A DNA stretch of 64,000 bases from NCBI GenBank assembly GCA_951406725.2, contig OX597823.1:83576001-83640000 (forward strand), in the 5' to 3' direction. The notes beneath the pieces are model-generated. The model was given only the letters and a program-made list of their open reading frames with translations, ran no database searches and was not told the origin of the DNA. The position numbers were made by a program, and so were the translations under genes. This document shows, one piece after another, positions 1-11,830 of this stretch. How positions within the stretch are numbered: position 1 is the first letter of the stretch; each line of letters starts with the position of its first letter. The DNA is from Octopus vulgaris (lineage: Eukaryota).

Positions 1-39
1 TGGAATTTCATCCATAACGTACTAATTAACACATCGCTG

Positions 40-180
40 GGACCCTGACAGATGATACTATTCCGGGTCAGAGAAGACCTGGGAACAACAGTGGCTAAGA
101 GGTGATTCTATACCTCTCAAAACCCTAGAATTCCCGAACCAGGGCTCCACTGAAGGTTGCAATTTAATGTCATACGCAGT
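40..180 (+). repeat. Degraded interspersed repeat fragment; a related remnant lies at ~61130-61200
   Basis: ccgggtcagagaagacctggg resembles ccgagtcagaatagacctag at 61135; class uncertain. Confidence 0.35.
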
Positions 181-323
181 TTGCTTTCAGAATAAAAATT
201 GGACGAATTCGTATACTGTAAGATAATTAGTCGTGTAACTGTTGTACCATTTCCATCGATTCCACTATTCTTACAATATCGGTGCCTAAAATTGATAGGA
301 AGTTGTATTTGTAATGGCTGCAA

Positions 324-520
324 GGCAGCGAGCTGGCAGAATCGCTAGTATACCGAGCATTTCGTCCGACTTGACGTTCTGCGTTCAAATTCCGCCGAGG
401 TCGACTTTGCATTTCATCTTCTCGAGGTTGATAAAGTAAGAATCAGTTTCGCACTGGGGTCGATGTAATCGAATAGTGCCCCCTCCTCCAATTTTTGGCA
501 TTGTACCTATAGTAGAAGGG
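324..520 (+). mobile_element. tRNA-derived SINE, family M (MetaSINE-like central domain), diverged copy
   Basis: A-box-like tggcagaatcg, B-box gttcaaattcc, domain gaggtcgactttg...gataaa; more than 20 related copies in the window. Confidence 0.8.
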
Positions 521-879
521 ATATCTATGATAGAGGTATAATCAATTGAACCAATTCCATTATATACTTGACTGTTATTTGAATAAATCTGGAGATAAGA
601 ATTATAGAAATGTCTTTGAAATCGAAACCCCCATCACCTCAGAAAAAGGACAAGTTGGCTAATAGTGCCGGTTCCATGAAAGTGGGAAAAACATCTGATG
701 GTTGCAGTCGGCATGCCTTTCATCTAAGATTCTTTTCGATTATGATCTGAGCTAATAAAAGTAAAAATATTTAGTCCACTGCTAGACTGTTCCTATCTTC
801 CAAATATCCTTACAGTAAAAAAAAGAAGAAAAAGAAACGGTAAAGCAAGTTCCCTGGACATTATTATTACGAGTGCTAA

Positions 880-1130
880 GATTCATAGGTTGTTCAGCGT
901 CAATGGCATATAAATGACCGAGACCACATCATTGTCTCTAGATTGGACGCTAGTCCATCACAAAGTTACTCATTTATAGCTGAGTGGAGTGGAGCAAGCA
1001 ACATCAAATCAACTGTTTTACAAAAAAAAAACGAAACAGAAAAAATAAAACAAAAACAAACGTGGCGCTTACCGAGGAATCGAAACCCCGAGCTTGCGTG
1101 CAACACCACTGACCAATACGCCACGCGCCT
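880..1130 (-). mobile_element. Degraded tRNA-derived SINE
   Basis: minus strand reads aggcgcgtggcgtattggtcagtgg...ggtttcgattcct (A/B boxes). Confidence 0.5.
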
Positions 1131-1321
1131 TCATGACGTCAGCATACACGTAATGATATTCAAGTGACAACGGGACATATTAAAGAAGTATAGTCACCAT
1201 AGTGAAACAACTAATACAGTATTTTTCAGAAATGAAGTATAATTTGATTTCAGAAGCTTTTTACGTTTGTGTCTGATGTGAAGATATAATTCAAAACGTT
1301 TTCTCTCTTTCTTACCTTCCC

Positions 1322-1327
1322 ACTTTC

Positions 1328-1382
<55 letters not shown>
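1322..1382. repeat. (TTTC)n microsatellite
   Basis: direct reading. Confidence 0.95.
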
Positions 1383-1838
1383 AATCGATATGTCTGTTCT
1401 TAATTCTCAGCTTGTGTAAAATATACAAATAGAATAATGATTCACTACAAAGTAATTATTATTACATATAACATAAGATTTTTCAAATTTTCAGTAAAAT
1501 ATTGATTTAAAAACAACAACAACAACAAAAACCCCAACACATTTTACATATTTCTATGCGAAATGATAAAGTCAATTAAATTTTAACTCTTAACATACTA
1601 GATATACATTCTTACTATCGACACCTGGGATTCGAACAGACAAAACGACGCAATTTTCTCTGGCATATTTATGTGTTCCTGACAACTCTGTCACCCTCAT
1701 TTATCTGATCAAATTTTGAAGATATACGCATTAATAGATTCTGTTATGCGCCTATTGATTTTAAAATATATTGATCCTGCACATGACAACGTTAGTTATT
1801 GTTAGATTAAACTGAACATCTTGAACACACACACACAC

Positions 1839-1890
<52 letters not shown>

Positions 1891-2197
1891 TTGTATGATA
1901 TATTACTGTTGCAGCTGTTGTTGATGATGATGATGATTATGACTTTAATAATGGTGATGACAGGAAGTGTTGCTATCGATTTACTGCGTAACCTCACGGT
2001 TTACTAGGCGACCTCACTCAGAAATAGGAAGGTGACATGGTTGGATAGATATCAATATTCATGTTATAGGACTTCAGGTTTGTACAGGATATTAACTGAT
2101 CAAAATCTGCTTTTGTAAAAGTCGAATCGTAGGGAAAGAGGTGAGGTGCCGGAAAAACTGAGATTACAAAAGCGGATTTAATCCACTATTGAAACTA

Positions 2198-2763
2198 TTG
2201 GGGTGTCTGGAAAGTTCGAGCCGATTTTTAAAGGAAAGTAAAGGATCAATAAATACTTGCCATTACATTTTTAATCTACCAAATATGAACCATTTTGTTG
2301 CACAATGCGTCTCCATCTTTCCTTTAACTTGAAAATACCCTCTTCCCAGAATTGAGGTGGTTTCATGGCAAAGAATTCATCAAGGTATCACTTTACGTCA
2401 TCCAAAGAATTGAAATTTTTACCATTAAGACTATTCTGCAGAGACCTGAATAAGTGGAAATCCGAAGGAGCAATATCTGGTGAATATGGAGAGTGGGGTA
2501 ACACATTCCAGCCGAGCTGCAGCAATTTTTGTCTGGTTCCCAAAGCATCAAGTGCCGAAAATGAACTTTTTTATCTTCCATTTTAAAGGGTTACAGAATT
2601 AATACAAGTTATAGGAACATAAACCTTCTTCCACAAAAATATAGCTTAAACTGTGCTCTAAATGGAGGTGTAGTAAAATCCTATTTTATGGACTCAACCA
2701 TGTTCTAAAATAATTCGAAAGGCAAGCTACTATAAATCGGCACGAACTTTCCGGACAACCCAA
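2198..2763 (-). mobile_element. Internally deleted mariner (non-autonomous) with TIRs and TA target-site duplication
   Basis: TIRs ttggggtgtctggaaagttcgagccgattt / aaatcggcacgaactttccggacaacccaa flanked by TA; transposase N-terminus MEDKKVHFRH joined to C-terminal YSPDIAPSDFHLF motif. Confidence 0.9.
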
Positions 2764-2919
2764 TATTTCACCTTATCTAAGCCTGTAATACACCACGAAA
2801 AGCTAAAAACATCACAAAATAAAATAATGCACCTCAAATTACATAATCGAAGATAATTAGTTTTTATAAACCAAACGTGATTTTGGAAGCTTGTTTCTGT
2901 CATTTTGTAGCTTGTTTCA

Positions 2920-3335
2920 TTCACTGGATTTCGAGCATGCTGATACACCGCCTTAATGGAATTAGTCGGACAAATCGAACCTTGCACTAATTAATATTAA
3001 ATCCTGGTACATATTCTATCGATCCCTTTTTTTCCGAAGCGCTAAGATACGGTGACGTCAAACCAGCAACAGTTGTCTGGCGGCGTTGGGAAATAAACCC
3101 AAACGCAAAGACACATTCCCTCCTCTCTATGCCTTTCACACGAACGCAGACTCAGAGGCACATATGATATACAACAGACTTCTTTCAGTTTCCGTCCGCC
3201 AAATCCACTCACAAGACTTTGGTTGGCGCGGAGCTAGTAAAAGACATTTGCGCTTAAACCCTCGCATTGGGAGTGAACCCAAGTCCACATGGTTGGGAAG
3301 CAAACACCTTAATCATACACCCACGCTTGCACCTC
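2920..3335 (-). mobile_element. CORE-type tRNA-SINE, family C, diverged copy
   Basis: tttcagtttccgtc..caaatccactcacaag..ccacatggttgggaagcaa matches the intact copy at 32443-32855. Confidence 0.75.
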
Positions 3336-3588
3336 TAAGTATTTTTATGAATAAGCAGTTTTTTTTTATGTAGTGACTTCATATTTACTTTTTCTTTATT
3401 GCAATCCACCAGAGGTTGAATTTCAATATGAAATTTTTTTCATTTTGATCCATTTCTTTTTTTCTGTCTCATACTTTGACATTTCTGCAAGTATTTTGGC
3501 CTTATCGATTTGAAAACTCAAGGAGAAAACATTGAATAAAATCTTACTAGAATTCAGAAATTAGAAAGATGCCGCTTTTTCAATTTTA

Positions 3589-3643
<55 letters not shown>

Positions 3644-3828
3644 AAAAAGGCTCTGTGTTTGAGGTGAAGGAGTGAATACAGTATTGTCAAATTCATGTCT
3701 TTCCAAGCTCATTGAAAGAGTTAGCTGTCACCAGCCAACGAGTATGGTTGATCACTTGTACCATGCTTTCGCAAATTGCTTTTGCTAACTATTATGTCAT
3801 TTCACCTCCCTCCCAATTCATAACAGTC

Positions 3829-4443
3829 CTTTCTTCTACAGGGTATGGAGCTTTGGTGGGTAGCAGTTGGGGGGATTAACTGATTACTTAGACCCCAGTG
3901 CTCGACTGGTACTTATTTCATCGACCTCGAAAGGATGAAAGGCAAAGACGACCTTGGCGGAATTCGAACTCAGAACGTAATGCCACAAATCATTTTGTCT
4001 GGCGTGCTAACGATTCTTTTCTACTCTAGGCGCAAGGCCAGAAAATTTTGGAGAGGGCGCCAGTCGATTAGATCGACCCAAGTACCCAACTGGTACTTAA
4101 TTTATCGACCCCGAAAGGATGAAAAGCGAAGTCGACCTCGGCGGAATTTGAACTCAGAACGTACAGGCAGACGGAAAACCGCTAAGCATTTCGCCCAGCG
4201 TGCTAACGTTTCTTATTTCTTTACTACCCACAACGGGCTAAACATAGAGGGCACAAACAAGGACAGACAAAGGGATTAAGTCGATTACTTCGACCCCAGT
4301 GCATAACAGGTACTTAATTTATCGACTCCGATAGGATGAAAGGCAAAGTTGACGTCGGTGAAATTTGAATTCAGAACGTAAAGCCAGACAGAAAATCGCT
4401 AAGCATTTCGCCCGGCGTGCTAACGTGTCTGCCAGCTCGCTGC
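3829..4443 (-). mobile_element. Three stacked family-M SINE units
   Basis: three repeats of cgac(c/t)cgaaaggatgaaaggc; junctions at ~4017 and ~4213, both at the A-box sequence agaa(a/t)cgttagc. Confidence 0.9.
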
Positions 4444-4820
4444 TCTCCCAACGCTCATAATAAAACAACTGAAAAAAACACCCTCATAACAAACCAAATA
4501 AAACTAAACCAAGATAGGAACCTCTACATAGTAACCTGGTGTGCTAAAAGTAGCAGCTTAATAATTTTCAAATGAAAATTTTACCGCCTTACCCCCCCCC
4601 CCCGAAAAACCATATTCGATAATGTAGTCCTACATAAGTTCGATGACAAGCCTGCTCACTCGATGAAGACCTAGGGTTAAACAAAAGCAATAAACAAAAA
4701 CCAACGAAAGAGGTAAACAAACGGTTTGTACGTTAACAAATAACTCCGTTATGTTGATATATTGACATTTTATTGTTCACAAAATACACTCATACAACTG
4801 GGATGTTGTGTCGATATGTT

Positions 4821-4888
<68 letters not shown>

Positions 4889-5116
4889 TATATATATATA
4901 TATTTATATTTATAGATTATATTTATCAATGCTTTACTAGATCTTCGCTATACGATCGATATTTGATTTTTTTACTTATCGATTATCTATCTTACCAACT
5001 TTTGAGTGAAGTTATAGCTACAATGTAAATTCGTAATAGATTTACGTACACCTAAAACACAAGAGGTTGTTTGGTGCAATGTATACTTTCAACTGATTCA
5101 TTATCAATATAAGCTA

Positions 5117-5289
5117 CAGGCATGGTTACTTGGTTAAGAATCTCGGTTTGCAACGACGTGGTTTCGGGTTCAATCTCACTGCGTTGCAACTTGGCCAAGT
5201 GTTTTCTAATATTTCCACAATAGTGCGGGGCTAACCAATGCCCTGTGCGTGAATTTGTTTGACAGACACTGTATGGAAGAGCGTCGTAC

Positions 5290-5352
<63 letters not shown>

Positions 5353-5571
5353 ACATATAAAGATGAGACACGTGATATTTTTCTCTAAATTATATGTTAG
5401 TTGTTAAGGCACGGTTACTAATGAAGATTCGCCTATCAAATTATTTTATTTGCTAAAGAAATCCGAAACCTAGGCATAACCGCAAAAAATAACAAGGTAA
5501 AAGTTTTTATTTTTCATTCCCTTCGAAAATTGCTCTTAAAGGTAGTTTTCTCTTGTGTTTAAATGTACACT

Positions 5572-5670
<99 letters not shown>

Positions 5671-5920
5671 TCATTTATTTATATATGTATGTACACACAC
5701 ATATGCTTGTGTATGTATGTCTATGTGTTGGTACCCCACACCTCGCTTGGCAACCGGTACTGGTTTGTTTACATCTTCTTAACTGAGCAATAAATATCGG
5801 TAGAATAAGTACCGGGTTTAAAAACGAAAATAAGAATTGGGGTCGTTTTGCTTTCAAGTCAGTGCTCCAGCAAGGCCACAGTCCAATGAGGGAAACAAGT
5901 AAAACGAAGAGAAATAAAAA
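5117..5920 (+). mobile_element. Family-C SINE whose central microsatellite is expanded and holds a Penelope-like fragment
   Basis: head 5117-5290 (ggcatggttact..gggttcaatctc..ttggccaagtg), (TA)n, tail 5730-5920 ending gaaacaagtaaa. Confidence 0.7.
5412..5482 (+). ncRNA. Degenerate type-I hammerhead ribozyme in a probable Penelope-type terminal-repeat fragment (5350-5577)
   Basis: stem I cggtta/taaccg; core CTAATGA (G5>A); stem II agatt..aatcc; GAAA; palindromic stem III cctagg; cleavage triplet mutated to GCA. Confidence 0.6.
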
Positions 5921-6059
5921 GAATATAGTCCATGTCGTTCACTATCACACTTTTAACATTTTGTACGGACCGCTTAATATGGTATGAACTAATTTTAACT
6001 GATAAATTTGATTATTTTGGACCCCGAATTCTCTTTTGTAGCTAAGGGTCATAAGACAT

Positions 6060-7290
6060 AGCTTAAACCATTTGTAGCATCTTCCATTTCCCTTCACTCA
6101 ATTTTCCGCATTCAAGACTCATCCAATTACTTACTGGATATACCACCCCAAACATGCACTGGATCGCCTTCGAAAGCACTCTTCAATAGGATCATGCCAA
6201 TATCGTTTCTTTGAACAGTATCCCCACCGAAAAAAAATATACACACATGACAAAAAACACAAAAAAACTAACAAACAAACAAAATTACTGCAAGTTTAAA
6301 GAAAAAGTCATTGTACCTCTTAAAGATAAGCAAGACACAACTAGATCCTTCGCGACTACTCCAAATGCTACCATACAACCATTTGTCTTCATTATCACTG
6401 AACATCTCTCTTGGCAAACACACATCTTAACGAAGCAAAGACAGCATATTGAAAATTGTCCTTTCTCTTCAAAGTAACAAAACAAAAAAAGAAAAATGGA
6501 AAGAACCGCTCATCCTCAGAGAAGCACTCCGTCGGTTACGACGATGAGGGTTCCGGTTGATCCGAATCAACGGAACAGCCTGCTCGTGAAATTAACGTGT
6601 AAGTGGCTGAGCACTCCACAGACACGTGCACCCTTAACGTAGTTCTTGGGGATATTCAGCGTGACACAGAGAGTGACAAGGCCGGCCCTTTGAAATACAG
6701 GTACAACAGAAACAGGAAGTAAGAGTGAGAGAAAGTTGTGGTGAAAGAGTACAGCAGGGATCACCACCATCCCCTGCCGGAGCCTCGTGGAGCTTTTAGG
6801 TGTTTTCGCTCAATAAACACTCACAACGCCCGGTCTGGGAATCGAAACCGCGATCCTATGACTGCGAGTCCGCTGCCCTAACCACTGGGCCATTGCGCCT
6901 CCACGCTCATCTTCAATAGCTACTAACTATCTACAATGATCAGTCAAACCTCAGTATGGAGTACTGTGCCCACATCTTGAACTCCTTTGGTACCACGCTC
7001 ACAGCCACACCTACAGATATCCAGTGAAAAGACATTTGAGTGATTGTTATGAAGTTACGAAGTCACTGATATGGTTTTGCATTTAGCCTACAAACCTACT
7101 GGTTCATGTCACTACATTTTCTACTGATAACACAGTGGCTTCTGTTTCTCAGAGCTGGTTCATTCCGTGACTTCTCTGCTCAGGTTCCCTCCACTCACAC
7201 GTCTCTATTCTCGTTACCCACATTGTGTCTAACCCGGTATCCCCCATCCCTACTACTAAATTTATGTCTCAGATGGAGACCGAAAACTAA
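6060..7290 (+). pseudogene. Degraded CR1/Jockey-group LINE 3' fragment, interrupted by a SINE
   Basis: remnants LSWQTHIL..KLSFLFK and LLTIY..MEYCAHI, typical of the post-RT region of these LINEs. Confidence 0.55.
6519..6904 (-). mobile_element. Intact-looking tRNA-derived SINE, family R, with 11-bp TSD
   Basis: minus head gtggaggcgcaatggcccagtggttagggcagcgg..ggtttcgattccc; TSD gctcatc(c/t)tca at 6508-6518 and 6905-6915. Confidence 0.9.
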
Positions 7291-7549
7291 TGTCAAGCTG
7301 TAATCTTTAGTGATAATATAGTTATTTTTACTTAAAACTAACAAAGATACAAAGTAATTTCTGTACTTATGTTCAAAGTAAAAATATATATACTCACAAT
7401 TAACCTTTGTCATGTATATGCGTTAGTGTTTGGGTTTTTATATGTGTATGCATGTGTTCGTAGGGCTTTATGTACGCATATGTATAATTCTCTCTCTCTC
7501 TGCTTCTTTTCTCTACCTATATATATTTGTGTGTGTGTGTGTGAATGTA

Positions 7550-7845
7550 CGTGGTTTATTCAGCTCATGATCCTAAGGTTGTGAGTTCGATTCCTGGTGG
7601 AGTGTTCTGTCCTTGAATAAGGCACTTTATTTCACATTGTTCCAGTCCTCTCGGCTGGCAAAAATGAGTGGAACCTGTGATTCAAAGGCCAGCCTTGTCA
7701 CACTCCGTGTCACGCTGAATCTCCCCGAGAACTACCTGCGTGTATCTGGAGTGGTCAGCCACTTGCACGTTAATTCTACGAGCAGGCTGTCCGGTAGATC
7801 GGATCAACTGGAACCCTTGTCGTTAAAACCGACGGAGTGCCATAT
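7550..7845 (+). mobile_element. Diverged family-R-related SINE
   Basis: B-box gagttcgattcc, CORE-like ccttgaataaggcactt, 3' part cttgtcacactc..gtcacgctgaat shared with 6519-6904. Confidence 0.75.
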
Positions 7846-7871
7846 GTATGTATATGCCGTCTAAGAATTTA

Positions 7872-8111
7872 TATCCATTACGACCGATCTTACCGATCGG
7901 TATCGTGCTAGGGTTTCAATTGAGTGTTAGGTAACAGTCCGATTATGCAACCCTGCACTCTTCAGATATGGCAGTTATAGAGAGCCGTCGACATATTTCA
8001 TTCCATAACTGTCATCTCTGAAAAGCACAGGGTTACATAATCGGACTGTTATGTAACACTCCGTTGAATCCCTTGTGCAAAACCGATCGGTAAAATCGGC
8101 CGTAATGGATA
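7872..8111. repeat. ~240-bp imperfect palindrome (fold-back MITE-like)
   Basis: arms tatccattacgaccgatcttaccgatcggt..aacagtccgattatg and cataatcggactgtt..accgatcggtaaaatcggccgtaatggata are reverse complements. Confidence 0.85.
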
Positions 8112-8408
8112 AATGATATTGTACATTGCGATTAATATATATATATATGCGACTATGTTGCTGAGGCTTTTTTCTTGTGGATGTTTAGCCCCAATTCAAC
8201 TCTGATCTAACATATCTACAATTAAGTGCATTGGAGCCGTGACCAACTCCTCTTTTCCCAATGTTCTCAATGTGTAAGAAATCGAGGACCATATTATCAA
8301 AAAGAAATTTAGCTGTTATTTCTTGTAGGTCGAGCGACTACAGGCAGGCGTTTTCGTTCGTTCATGACTCTCTCTTTGTCTGTCATTATCTTTCTTTCTT
8401 TCTTTCTT

Positions 8409-8446
<38 letters not shown>

Positions 8447-8786
8447 CCCCCTCTCTCTCTTTCTCTCTCTCACTTTCTATTGATAGAGGTGCGGATGGCA
8501 AATAAAGAATTTCTGTTTCAGTGAATGCCAGAGTGCAATGCATGTCTTTAATCAAGTAAGAACTCCAAGAAGATTAAATTACAACTGCAATGAGTAAATC
8601 ATTATCAGATCAAACGACATTATCATCAACCGTATTCAGCTGTTCACATAAACTAGTAACCCCAATAACTTGTTAACTAGGATGAATTTAATTCCATTTT
8701 GGGAATTTGAACGAATTCTGAAAACTTGAAACGACAACAAATTCATTTAACAGATTTTGTTTCTTTTGTTTTGTATAGATGAGATA

Positions 8787-8943
8787 CAGGCGTAGCTGTG
8801 TGGGAAGAAACTTGCTTCCCAATCACAAGGTTTCAAGTTCTGTCCCACTATATGTCATCTTGAGCAAGTGTCTTCTACTACAGCCTCGAGCCGACCAAAG
8901 CATTGTGAGTGGATTTGGTAGACAGAAACTGAAAACACTTGTC

Positions 8944-8945
<2 letters not shown>
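8787..8945 (+). mobile_element. Family-C SINE 5' half
   Basis: aggcgtagctgtgtggg..cttgagcaagtgtcttctac..gtgagtggatttggtagac. Confidence 0.8.
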
Positions 8946-8996
<51 letters not shown>

Positions 8997-9036
8997 GTAT
9001 ACAAGTATACACACACACACACACACACACACATAT

Positions 9037-9259
9037 ATTCTTTTATTCTTCTATTTGTTTGAGTCATTTGACTGCGGCCATGCTGGAACACCGCTTTTAG
9101 TCGAACAAATCGACCCCAAGACTTATTCTTTGTATGCCTAGCACTTATTCTATCGGGTCCATTTTGTGACAAGGACGTAAACACACCAACATCGGTTGTC
9201 AAGCTATGATGGGTGGGGGGACAAACACAACTAACAAATACTTATATACATAATTCATA

Positions 9260-9311
<52 letters not shown>

Positions 9312-9652
9312 CGACGTCTGCCGTTACGTTCCGAGTTCAAATTCCGCCGAGGTCGACTTTGCCTTTCATCCTTCCGGGGTCGATAAATTAAGTACCAGTT
9401 ACGCACTGGGGTCGATGTAATCGACTTAATCCGTTTGTCTGTCCTTGTTTGTCTCCTCTGTGTTTAGCCCCTTGTGGGTAGTAAAGAAATATATATATAT
9501 ATACGACGGACTTCTTTCAGTTTCCGTCTATCAGATCCACTCACGACGCTTTTGTTGGCCCGAGGTTAAAGAAGAAGACATTTGCGCAAGGTGCCATGCA
9601 GTGGTACTGTAAACCGGAACCATGTGGCTGGGAAGCAAGCTTCTTACCACAC
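9037..9652 (-). mobile_element. Family-C SINE with a nested family-M SINE (+, 9316-9490) in its internal microsatellite
   Basis: tail 9037-9230, (CA)n/(TA)n, M-SINE body, then head 9500-9652. Confidence 0.8.
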
Positions 9653-9826
9653 AATATTTGCATGCATGTATGTATGTATGTATGTATGTATGTATGTATG
9701 TATGTATGTATGTATGTATGTATGTAGGGTGTTTATGGGACAACCCTCCATGTGGCTGGGAAGCAAGCTTCTTACCACACAATATTTGCATGCATGTATG
9801 TATGTATGTATGTATGTATGTATGTA

Positions 9827-10303
9827 TGTAGGGTGTTTATGGGACAACCCTGGGGGATGAAAAGCAAAACCCGTCTAAGAGTGGAGGAACTCTTGAGAGT
9901 CAACGGCCATCCAATAAATGTCTTAAGGCTGTATCATGCGCGGGGACATAGAAATAATCGGACTAAATACCCGATCGCGCGGTTAATCCATTGGGAGTGA
10001 AGGACTCGTAGCCTTTGTTAGGGCATCCTTCTTGGAGAAAGTAACTCAGGTAACTGGAATAACTCCGACATAAAACCTGCGGCTCAGTGGTTACCGATGA
10101 TGTTGACTTGTTCTTCTTTTCGGATTATGGCTGCTGTTGCTTAGTGAGTGGGATTGACTCAGTGTACAGCCTTTCTTCACTTTAAAAAAATCTTCTTGCA
10201 CAGGCATTGCACGATAACAACATTGATTAAGCTTCGTGCAATGGCCATACTCGATAACGAGGGGGCAGCCACCACCATGTATGTATGTATGTATGTATGT
10301 ATG

Positions 10304-10331
<28 letters not shown>
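9827..10331 (+). mobile_element. Non-coding RTE-like retroelement derivative with (ATGT)n tail
   Basis: motif gggcatccttcttggagaaagtaactc..taaaacc recalls RTE 5'UTRs; ends gcagccaccacc(atgt)n; lies in (TATG)n; no RT ORF. Confidence 0.55.
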
Positions 10332-10334
<3 letters not shown>

Positions 10335-10374
10335 TAAACTATATGGCCATGTGAGAGCCGGTATGTCAAAATAA

Positions 10375-10581
10375 GGCGGCGAGCTGGCAGAAACGTTAGC
10401 ACGCCGGGCGAAATGCGTAGCCGTATTTCGTCTGTCGTTACGTTGTGAGTTCAAATTCTGCCGAGGTCGACTTTGCCTTTCATCCTTTCGGCGTCGATAA
10501 ATTAAGTACCAGTTACGCACTGGGGTCGATGTCCTTGTTTGTCCCCTCTATGTTTAGCCCCTTGTGGGTAAAAATGAAATA
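10375..10581 (+). mobile_element. Family-M SINE
   Basis: ggcggcgagctggcagaaacgttagc head through to gaaat tail. Confidence 0.9.
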
Positions 10582-11025
10582 GGTATGTCAAAATTCCAGA
10601 TTTTCCATGACCTCGTCACTCTATGATTCTATACTTAAGTTACGCAAACACGTTTGTTTTTCTGCAAGAAGGAAAAAATACACTCCCAGGAAATGTGCGA
10701 CGCTTGTACATTTGCTTAATATATCTAATACCATCGCGTTTGGGTAATTTCGCTTTTCACCAAAATACTTTCGCATCTCTTATAACACTTTCGTACCACA
10801 TTTATCAGCTTTACTTTTGGGAATATTTTTCTTTTCACTTAAACGATTTCACGTTTTACATTTTCGCACCACATATAACACATTTCGTTTTTGGAAACAG
10901 TTTCACTTTTTAAACTTTCGTATCAACTTGACACCTTCAATCACGTAGAGAAAACATGAACTTAATACCTATCTATTTGTCTGTCTGTCTGCCAAGCTGT
11001 CACGTACAGAAGACCTCAACTTTGA

Positions 11026-11026
<1 letters not shown>

Positions 11027-11119
<93 letters not shown>

Positions 11120-11147
11120 CCTGTCTGTCTGTCTGTCTGTCCGTCTG
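11027..11147. repeat. (TATC)n(TGTC)n microsatellite
   Basis: direct reading. Confidence 0.95.
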
Positions 11148-11756
11148 TATTTCGAGTAAGAAATTCTAATGAAGGTTTCCAAAATATTGATTTGTGTTGG
11201 AACCCATCTGGAATAGTAAGTTCGACATTTTAAAATTCAAATTTTTGGAAATAACACATTTGGCAAAAAAAGTGCTGGACAATTTTTTTATTTAAATTTA
11301 AAATCGCATCATTCCCAACACTACTGTTTTTGGTCATTCCGCCTGCTAAAAATAACAGCCAAATCACCTGAAAATATATGATAATGTCTTAAGAGCTCTA
11401 AGACATTGAAATCTTAGATATGCTTTAACTGAGAAAAAAAAAGGAAAAGATCAGATGACCCAAAAGAATACATTCACCAATGTTGTTTCAGATGAAATGG
11501 TCATAGATGGAACGCCTTTTATCATTGGTTTCTTCAATCATGATTGACATGAAGATGAAGCAACCATACTTTAAATAACTTGTGACAGAATCAATGAGTG
11601 AACCTCTATGTAGATGCTTGATTTACTAGATATAGCACTCAGATAATTCTCAAATATTACCTTAAAGTCTTAACAAAAGCGTGCATTTGGACAGACTCGT
11701 TAGAGTGTGGGACAAGTTGCTTTGCTTTTTTGATGTTGTTGTTGTTGTTATTATCT

Positions 11757-11828
<72 letters not shown>

Positions 11829-11830
11829 TT

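Noticed and set aside
6830-6904. tRNA gene candidate
   Set aside because: It is the head of a SINE with body and TSD; other A/B-box hits are likewise SINE heads.
8511-8561. Possible micro-exon (tttcag|..|gtaaga)
   Set aside because: Splice-like signals alone are common by chance; no supporting neighbouring exons.
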